64,000 nt of DNA from Flavobacteriales bacterium (lineage in GTDB: Bacteria > Bacteroidota > Bacteroidia > Flavobacteriales_F > PHOS-HE28): NCBI GenBank assembly GCA_016719225.1, contig JADKAN010000004.1:512167-576166 (forward strand), given 5' to 3'. Of the stretch, positions 58,227 to 64,000 are shown piece after piece. Below the pieces are notes generated by a model. The model was not told the DNA's origin. It did not search any database and saw nothing but the letters and a program-made list of their open reading frames with translations. Position numbers and translations under genes: made by a program. Position 1 is the first letter of the stretch, and each line of letters begins with the position of its first letter.

Positions 58227-58820
58227 ATGTCGCGGTTGTCCGCAATGAAACGGTTACCCCTACTATGCGCTACCGTGTTGGGGATTTGGTCCCTTTGTGC
58301 CTGTAAAAACGACTTGGACCGGGTGGCAGTGCTGGAAGTGCCTGCGGACGGGGCGGACCGTATAACCACCGGTGCGGAATACCTGTATTCGGACAGTGGG
58401 TTGGTGCGAAACCGTGTACGCGCAGCCACCATCGAAGAATACAATGGCGATGAGCCCCGCACCGAGCTTTCAGGAGGGGTTGAGCTTACCTTCTTTAATC
58501 CTGACGGAAGCCCGAACGGCGTGCTCACGGCGCGCAAAGGTTCCATCTTGCAAAAGGAAAAGCGCATGCAGGTGGACCAGCAGGTCGTCTTTACCAATGC
58601 CCGCGGGGAAAAGCTGGAAACGGAGCAATTGACCTGGGACCAGGACAGCGGAAAGGTCCACACCGATAAGCCTGTTAAGGTGACCCGCGCAAATGATATC
58701 ATCTTCGGGCAGGGTTTGGACGCTACCGAGGACATGGCGAAATACACCGTAAGAAAGATCACCGGAACGGTGTTCATCGGCGCGGGCGATACCTTGGCAC
58801 CGACGAAAGACCTGAATTGA
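58227..58820 (+). CDS. LptC-like (OstA-like_N fold) lipoprotein, probable LPS export component
   Basis: Lipoprotein signal MKRLPLLCATVLGIWSLCAC. Beta-jellyroll pattern (RAATIEEYNGDEP..ELSGGVELTFFNPDG..LTARKGSILQKE..MQVDQQVVF..GEKLETEQLTWDQDSGKVHTDKPVKVT). Confidence 0.55.
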   Translation: MSRLSAMKRLPLLCATVLGIWSLCACKNDLDRVAVLEVPADGADRITTGAEYLYSDSGLVRNRVRAATIEEYNGDEPRTELSGGVELTFFNPDGSPNGVLTARKGSILQKEKRMQVDQQVVFTNARGEKLETEQLTWDQDSGKVHTDKPVKVTRANDIIFGQGLDATEDMAKYTVRKITGTVFIGAGDTLAPTKDLN

Positions 58821-59053
58821 TGGAAAAGATCGCGCGGATCATGGAGATCTTTTGGCTTGTGCTGGCGGCGATCACCGCAGCTTGGGCCGTTTATGTCCTC
58901 GCCATGCAAGGATGGACCAATGGCCGTCAATGGCTGCTTTTTCCCGCCGTGTGCTTTGCTATGTGGGGCTACCGTCGCTATATGCGTAGCCGCATGGCGA
59001 CGTGGGCAGGGAATGACCGAACGCGCGAAGGGGAGGATCGAAATGGACGGTGA
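58817..59053 (+). CDS. Hypothetical small membrane protein (78 aa, 2 TM)
   Basis: IFWLVLAAITAAWAVYVLA and LLFPAVCFAMWGY helices; ATGA overlap with the upstream gene. Confidence 0.4.
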   Translation: MMEKIARIMEIFWLVLAAITAAWAVYVLAMQGWTNGRQWLLFPAVCFAMWGYRRYMRSRMATWAGNDRTREGEDRNGR

Positions 59054-59086
59054 CCATCGCATTCCGTATCAGCGCCGCCGGGAACA

Positions 59087-60376
59087 ATGAACGGCGGTGA
59101 CTTGGCGATCCTATTGGCGGCCATGTTGACCTCCGCCTTCTGTTCCGGGCTGGAGATCGCGCTGGTAAGCAGTAACAAGCTGTACATCGAACTGCAGCGC
59201 AAGCAAGGCGCGATATGGGCCAAGGTTGTGGCTTCCTTGTTGAAGCGCCCGGCCCGTGTGATCAGCGCACTCCTGGTGGGGAATACCATCGCCTTAGTGG
59301 CTTATGGTATAGTGATGGCCCATTTACTGGAGCCGTGGCTGCGTGGCCTTTACCCGCATGAAGGATTTGTGCTGGTGATGCAGACCATCCTGAGCACATT
59401 GTTGATCCTGGTCGTCAGCGAATTCATCCCCAAGGCCCTTTTCCGGATCGACCCTAATGGCATCCTGAGCGTTCTTGCAATTCCGCTCTGGCTGATCTAC
59501 GCCCTGCTTTGGTTGCCCACCGTGCTACTTACCACGGTGAGCGAAGGCATCCTCCGGCTATTCGGCTCCAAGCCCAACATGGGCAAAGCGGGTTTTGGGC
59601 GCATCGACCTGGACGCGTTCTTGCAGGAAGTAAGCGATGACATGGGCGACGACACCGCCGTGGATTCGGAGATCGAGTATTTCCGGAACACCTTGGAGCT
59701 GAGCAACACCAAAGTGCGCGATATGATGACCCCACGTGCGGAGATCGCAGCCATCGGAGTGGAGGATAGCCTCGAGGACCTGCGTCACCTATTCCTCTCC
59801 ACAGGCCATTCCAAGCTGCTGATCCACAAGGGGGACATCGACAATATCATCGGCTATGTGCACGGATATGAAATGTTCCGCTCGCCGCGCTCCATCCGGT
59901 CCGTTCTCAGGCCGGTGAATTTCGTACCCGGCACCATGCCCGCCGATGAACTGCTGCGTCTGTTCACCAAACAGCGCACCCATATTGCCGTTGTTGTGGA
60001 CGAGTTCGGCGGCACCGCGGGTATGCTCACCATCGAAGACGTGATGGAGACCATCGTGGGGGACATCGAGGACGAGCACGATGATGAGAGCACGGTGGAG
60101 GAACGCCTTGCTACGGGGGAATTCGTTCTGAGCGGACGCGTGGAAGTGGAGCACTTGGTGGATAAGTACGGGATCAATATGGACCCAAGTGAAGAGTATG
60201 ATACCCTAGCGGGATACATCATGCACCGCACAGGCACCGTGCCCGAAGCCGGGGAAATAGTGGAGGACGGCCCTTTCCGCTTCACGATCACCAATGTTTC
60301 GCATGGTCGGATCGATCTGGTGAACTTGCTCATTAAGGACCTGGAAGCCGGTTTCGTGGACGGCGCGCCCAAGTGA
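59087..60376 (+). CDS. CNNM/CorC/HlyC family protein (DUF21 TM domain, 2 CBS domains, CorC_HlyC), GldE-like
   Basis: 429 aa. N-terminal 4-TM DUF21 domain, CBS pair (DMMTPRAEIAAIGVEDSLED...; IAVVVDEFGGTAGMLTIEDVMETIVGDIEDEHD), and a C-terminal transporter-associated domain. The size and architecture match Bacteroidota GldE. Confidence 0.7.
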   Translation: MNGGDLAILLAAMLTSAFCSGLEIALVSSNKLYIELQRKQGAIWAKVVASLLKRPARVISALLVGNTIALVAYGIVMAHLLEPWLRGLYPHEGFVLVMQTILSTLLILVVSEFIPKALFRIDPNGILSVLAIPLWLIYALLWLPTVLLTTVSEGILRLFGSKPNMGKAGFGRIDLDAFLQEVSDDMGDDTAVDSEIEYFRNTLELSNTKVRDMMTPRAEIAAIGVEDSLEDLRHLFLSTGHSKLLIHKGDIDNIIGYVHGYEMFRSPRSIRSVLRPVNFVPGTMPADELLRLFTKQRTHIAVVVDEFGGTAGMLTIEDVMETIVGDIEDEHDDESTVEERLATGEFVLSGRVEVEHLVDKYGINMDPSEEYDTLAGYIMHRTGTVPEAGEIVEDGPFRFTITNVSHGRIDLVNLLIKDLEAGFVDGAPK

Positions 60377-60559
60377 ACCGGCCGTGGGTGGCCTGTCGAA
60401 CTCGGAATTCAACAGTGCAGTGGGTCGGCTCGCGTCGAACAACCTCCCGTATACCTCCTGAAACCCTTGCCAAGTGCGGGATCCAGCCTTTGACGGCCCC
60501 GGATCCCCGGTGTGTGGGCCACCCGCCTATATTTGCCACCCTTTTCAAGCGATCGGCAC

Positions 60560-62653
60560 ATGGCAGTAATTGGTAAGATCCGCGAGCGTGGTACCCTGTT
60601 GGGCATCATTGTTGGTGGCGCATTGGTCCTCTTCGTAGTGGGCGACTTCATCGGCAATCGCTCCGGCGGCAACGACCGTAACGTGGGCGAGATCGCCGGT
60701 CAGGAAGTCAGTATGCAGGAATATTCCAACCGCGTGGAACAGCAGTTGGACCTGTACCGCCAGAACGGCACCACCGTGGATAACCAGCTCCAGGAGCAGG
60801 TGCGTAACGGTGTTTGGAACGACATCCTGCGCGAGCGCACCCTCATGGTGCAGGCAGAGGAGGCCGGCTTCGGCAACACCATCGGTCGCGAGGAATACGA
60901 CGATATCCGCTTCGGCAACAACATCCTGCCCGATTTCAAGAACAACCAGAACTTCAAGAATCCGCAGACCGGCCAAGCGGACAAGGAGCAACTCCGGAAG
61001 TATTTCAAGTATGTGCAGGAGAACAACCTTGCCTTGTTCGACATGCAGAAGCGCACTTTCGTTCCCCAACGGATCTATGCAAAGTACAATGCATTGGTGA
61101 AAAAGAGCTGCTTCGTGAACAGCGCCCAAGTGCGTGATGATTGGGAATTGAAGAATACCAAGGCCAACGTCCAATACGCTGCAGTCCGCTACGATAGCCG
61201 GCCGGACAGCCTTTTCCGTGTGGACGATACCGACCTGCGCCGCTACTTTGATGCACACAAGAACGAACCCAAGTGGGCCCAGAAATCCTCGCGCGGTTTC
61301 GCCTATGTGCAGTTCAACGCCAAACCTACCGAGGAGGACGTTAACAACGCCTTGACGGACATGCGCGCTGTGAAGGAGGACTTCCTCCTGGCCAAGGGCA
61401 ATAAGGCTGACAGCGCCTTGGTAGCGGCTTATGCCGATAGCAAGAACACGCAGCCTACGGCTTACACCGAAGGTGCTGCTGATCATCTCAACGATTCCCT
61501 CATCACCCACGCGGACACCGGTGCCGTCGTAGGTCCCTTCCGCGAAGGCGATAACCTGAAAGTGGTGAAGGTGGCAGAACTGGCCGATGTGCAGGAAGCA
61601 CGGGTTCGCCATATCCTCCTCAGCACCCAAGGAAAATCCCCGGCGGATGAAGCAGTGGTGAAGCAACGCGCGGACAGCTTGCTCGCCGTGGTGAAAAAAG
61701 ACCGTAGCAAGTTCGAGACCCTCGTTGAGAAATTCTCCGACGATCCCGGCAGCAAGAGCACCGGCGGCGTTTATGAGTGGTTCGACAAGCAGCGCATGGT
61801 ACCTGAATTCACCAAGGCCAGCTTCGAGGAAAAGCCCGGTTCGATCACTATTGCTAAGACCAGCTATGGGTACCACATCGTGGAAGTATTGGGCCAGCGC
61901 ACACGTAAGGAACGTCGCGTATTGACCATAGACCGCAAGATCGCCCCAGTGCAAGCCATGAAAGCAGCCTGGAAGCAAGCGAACGAATTTTCCTTGGCCC
62001 ACACCGATACCGCTGCCTTCCGGAAGGCAGCTGAGGAGCAAGGCTTGGTCTACAACCCGGTCGAAGAACTTCGTCCCGACCAGAAATTCGTGCCTGGCCT
62101 GCAACAGGTGGACGAGGTGGTACGTTGGGTGAACCATGCCGATGCCGGTGCCAAGCCCAGCGAGCCTTTAGCCAGCGGTGATAGTTATGTAGTGGCGGTG
62201 CTGACCGCCGTGCGCAACGAAGGCGTGCCAGCGTTGGCCGATGTGCGTGAAGCCTTTACCAAAGAGGTGGTGAAACAGAAGAAAGCCGATGCCATGATGG
62301 CCGAGCTGAAAGACCAAACGGACATCGAAGCCGCCGCGAAGGCACTCGGTGGTAATGTCCAGACCGCGCAGGACTTGGCATTAAGCGCTACAGCATTGCC
62401 AGGAGGCTATAACGACGTGGTTGCTATTGGAGCCTTCTTCGGGCTCGATAGTGCGAAAGCAACAGCCGTGAAAGGGGACATGGCCGTTTACTTGGCGCGC
62501 CTGAATTCATTGACCCCTGCACCGCCTATGGCGGATGACCCCCAGCAAATGAAGTCTTTGACCGAGCGCGTCCGCGGCCGTGCCGAGGGCCAGGTCTTCA
62601 ATGCACTCAAGGAAGGGGCGGATGTTTCGGACAACCGTTCCAAGTTCTATTGA
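60560..62653 (+). CDS. Periplasmic peptidyl-prolyl cis-trans isomerase, PpiD/SurA-like (N-terminal TM anchor, chaperone domain, parvulin domain)
   Basis: N-terminal TM anchor MAVIGKIRERGTLLGIIVGGALVLFVVGDF. Parvulin signature ARVRHILLS...FSDDPGSKSTGGVYEWFDKQRMVPEFTKASFE...GYHIVEV. Confidence 0.75.
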   Translation: MAVIGKIRERGTLLGIIVGGALVLFVVGDFIGNRSGGNDRNVGEIAGQEVSMQEYSNRVEQQLDLYRQNGTTVDNQLQEQVRNGVWNDILRERTLMVQAEEAGFGNTIGREEYDDIRFGNNILPDFKNNQNFKNPQTGQADKEQLRKYFKYVQENNLALFDMQKRTFVPQRIYAKYNALVKKSCFVNSAQVRDDWELKNTKANVQYAAVRYDSRPDSLFRVDDTDLRRYFDAHKNEPKWAQKSSRGFAYVQFNAKPTEEDVNNALTDMRAVKEDFLLAKGNKADSALVAAYADSKNTQPTAYTEGAADHLNDSLITHADTGAVVGPFREGDNLKVVKVAELADVQEARVRHILLSTQGKSPADEAVVKQRADSLLAVVKKDRSKFETLVEKFSDDPGSKSTGGVYEWFDKQRMVPEFTKASFEEKPGSITIAKTSYGYHIVEVLGQRTRKERRVLTIDRKIAPVQAMKAAWKQANEFSLAHTDTAAFRKAAEEQGLVYNPVEELRPDQKFVPGLQQVDEVVRWVNHADAGAKPSEPLASGDSYVVAVLTAVRNEGVPALADVREAFTKEVVKQKKADAMMAELKDQTDIEAAAKALGGNVQTAQDLALSATALPGGYNDVVAIGAFFGLDSAKATAVKGDMAVYLARLNSLTPAPPMADDPQQMKSLTERVRGRAEGQVFNALKEGADVSDNRSKFY

Positions 62654-62669
62654 ACAACGGTTCCTAATG

Positions 62670-62707
62670 AAATAGAGGAGGGGCGCTTAGGCGCCCCTTC
62701 TCTATTT
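62670..62707 (+). terminator. Rho-independent terminator after the PpiD-like gene
   Basis: AAATAGAGGAGGGGCGC-TTAG-GCGCCCCTTCTCTATTT: a 17-bp stem with one mismatch, 4-nt loop and a T-rich tail. Confidence 0.75.
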
Positions 62708-62846
62708 GTCTAAGCGCCAGGCCTACTTCGCTGGGCTTTCTGGAACGGACACTCGGATGAATGAACATGAAGCCGTTCGAGCCCGATAAAGGGTCCAACG
62801 GTGGTGAGGCTTGAACTTTGTCTTAGATGGACCGCGACCGTAGTCT

Positions 62847-63971
62847 TCAATGAAGCTGCGTGAAGCGCTCGGCATCCAACCGCACCAACACGCTCAAGAG
62901 CAACGTGAAGCCGATGAGCGAACTACCGCCGTAACTGAAGAACGGCAGCGGGATGCCGATGACAGGAGCCAGACCGATGGCCATGCCCACATTGATCATC
63001 AAGTGCAGGAAAAAGATGCTGGCCACGCAGTAGGCATAGATACGCGTGAATTTGGACCGCTGCCGGTCGGCAACTTGTATGCAGCGCAGGATCAACGCCG
63101 CGAAAAGCAGGACGACCACCGTGGTACCCAGAAAGCCCCATTCCTCACCAACGGTGCAGAATATGAAATCCGTGCTTTGCATGGGCACGTACTTGTACTT
63201 CGTGAATGTTCCCTGCAAATACCCTTTTCCGGCAAAGCCTCCGCTTCCAATGGCCGTTTTGCTCTGCTCCACGTTGTAGCCGTAGCCACGCGGATCATAT
63301 TCCAACCCCAACAGTACCCGGATACGGGTTTGTTGGTGCATGGGCATGCGGTCCACCGCTTGGTCCACCGTGGCGATGAAAGCGGAAGAGCCCAACAGCC
63401 CGAAGAGCAGGTAGCCGTAGATCCGCTTGCGGTGCTGTACCAGAATGAATTTACGGACGAAGAAGAACGCGGCAACCGTGAAGACCAGCAGGATGAAGAT
63501 GAGGAAGTACTGGCCGTGCAGTTCCACATCGGTGAACGGAACTCCGTAAGTGTTCTCCTTCATCAGCAAGGACAACACGGTGAGGATGGCGGCAAGGATG
63601 GCCAACAAGAGGATGTTGCCGGATATGCCTTCGCGGTAGAGCACCAATACGAACGCCCCGCTGACCAATGCGGTGCCGGTGTCCGGTTGCAGCATGATCA
63701 ACGCTACCGGAGCGATGATCAACGCGGCGGCGATAACGCGGGAGCGCATCTCTTTGAGCGTCTTCAGACCGCTGAGGTACTTGGTGAGGGCCAGCGACGT
63801 TGCGAACTTGCTGAATTCCGCAGGTTGGATACCAAAGCCGCCCACTCCGAACCACGCTTTGGCACCGTTCACTTCGCGCCCTATCAGGAGCACAAGGATG
63901 AGCAGGAGCAGCACCCCGGCATAGATCGGATAGGATAGGTCGCGGATGAAATCGCCTCGCACCAGCAACAT
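62847..63971 (-). CDS. SEDS family peptidoglycan glycosyltransferase (RodA/FtsW); RodA-like
   Basis: 374 aa, 10 TM, with the conserved large-loop motifs GYGYNVEQSKTAIGSGG...QSTDFIF and C-terminal VGMAIGLAPVIGIPLPFFSYGGSSL. Confidence 0.85.
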   Translation of the reverse strand: MLLVRGDFIRDLSYPIYAGVLLLLILVLLIGREVNGAKAWFGVGGFGIQPAEFSKFATSLALTKYLSGLKTLKEMRSRVIAAALIIAPVALIMLQPDTGTALVSGAFVLVLYREGISGNILLLAILAAILTVLSLLMKENTYGVPFTDVELHGQYFLIFILLVFTVAAFFFVRKFILVQHRKRIYGYLLFGLLGSSAFIATVDQAVDRMPMHQQTRIRVLLGLEYDPRGYGYNVEQSKTAIGSGGFAGKGYLQGTFTKYKYVPMQSTDFIFCTVGEEWGFLGTTVVVLLFAALILRCIQVADRQRSKFTRIYAYCVASIFFLHLMINVGMAIGLAPVIGIPLPFFSYGGSSLIGFTLLLSVLVRLDAERFTQLH

Positions 63972-64000
63972 GGAAGCACCGAGCAGCAGTGAAACGCAGA

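Noticed and set aside
60545-62137. 530-aa minus-strand ORF antisense to the PpiD-like gene
   Set aside because: Shadow ORF; the plus strand has a TM anchor plus a parvulin signature.
62850-63938. 362-aa plus-strand ORF antisense to the RodA-like gene
   Set aside because: Gln/His/Glu/Arg-rich low-complexity translation; the minus strand encodes a textbook SEDS protein.

Overview
A GC-rich (about 58-60% by eye) chromosomal segment that looks like Bacteroidota. The supporting signals are two tandem cargo proteins carrying a T9SS type-B (gliding-motility-associated) C-terminal sorting domain, a GldE-like CNNM/CorC protein, a TonB-dependent receptor with a carboxypeptidase-regulatory-like N-terminus, and a metH gene split into two ORFs behind a SAM-I riboswitch. 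Everything here is read from the sequence and the supplied ORF translations by eye; no searches or structure predictions were run. The left ~17 kb (1-16818) is a tightly packed Wza/Wzc/Wzx/Wzy-type polysaccharide biosynthesis locus. It starts with two divergent operons: on the minus strand wza-wzc-GT4-MBOAT-AlgJ-like, and on the plus strand a WbaP-like initiating sugar transferase, wzx, two sulfotransferases and wzy. It continues with a third, divergent sulfotransferase, two more sulfotransferases and a GT26 WecB/TagA-type transferase. The most notable feature is five sulfotransferase-like genes in two sequence families, four of them with clear PAPS-binding motifs, which points to a heavily sulfated and probably O-acylated exopolysaccharide or capsule. 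The rest of the window is mostly housekeeping: deoC, dprA, kdsB, bcp, a GT9 heptosyltransferase, tatD, asparaginase, dusB, an S9 peptidase, split metH, TolC, tsaB, an MFS transporter, ppa, a YyaL-like thioredoxin-domain protein, an M20 dipeptidase, gpmI, an orphan histidine kinase, coaX, LptC-like, GldE-like and PpiD-like genes, and a RodA/FtsW SEDS protein. There are two tRNAs: Ser-GGA on the plus strand and Phe-GAA on the minus strand. tRNA-Ser is followed by a long perfect hairpin and three tandem 121-bp repeats. I saw no integrase, transposase, CRISPR array or recognisable defence genes. Many neighbouring genes overlap by 4 nt (ATGA/GTGA), which suggests translational coupling. Many long antisense shadow ORFs in the track (rich in His, Arg, Gln and Leu) were not called.
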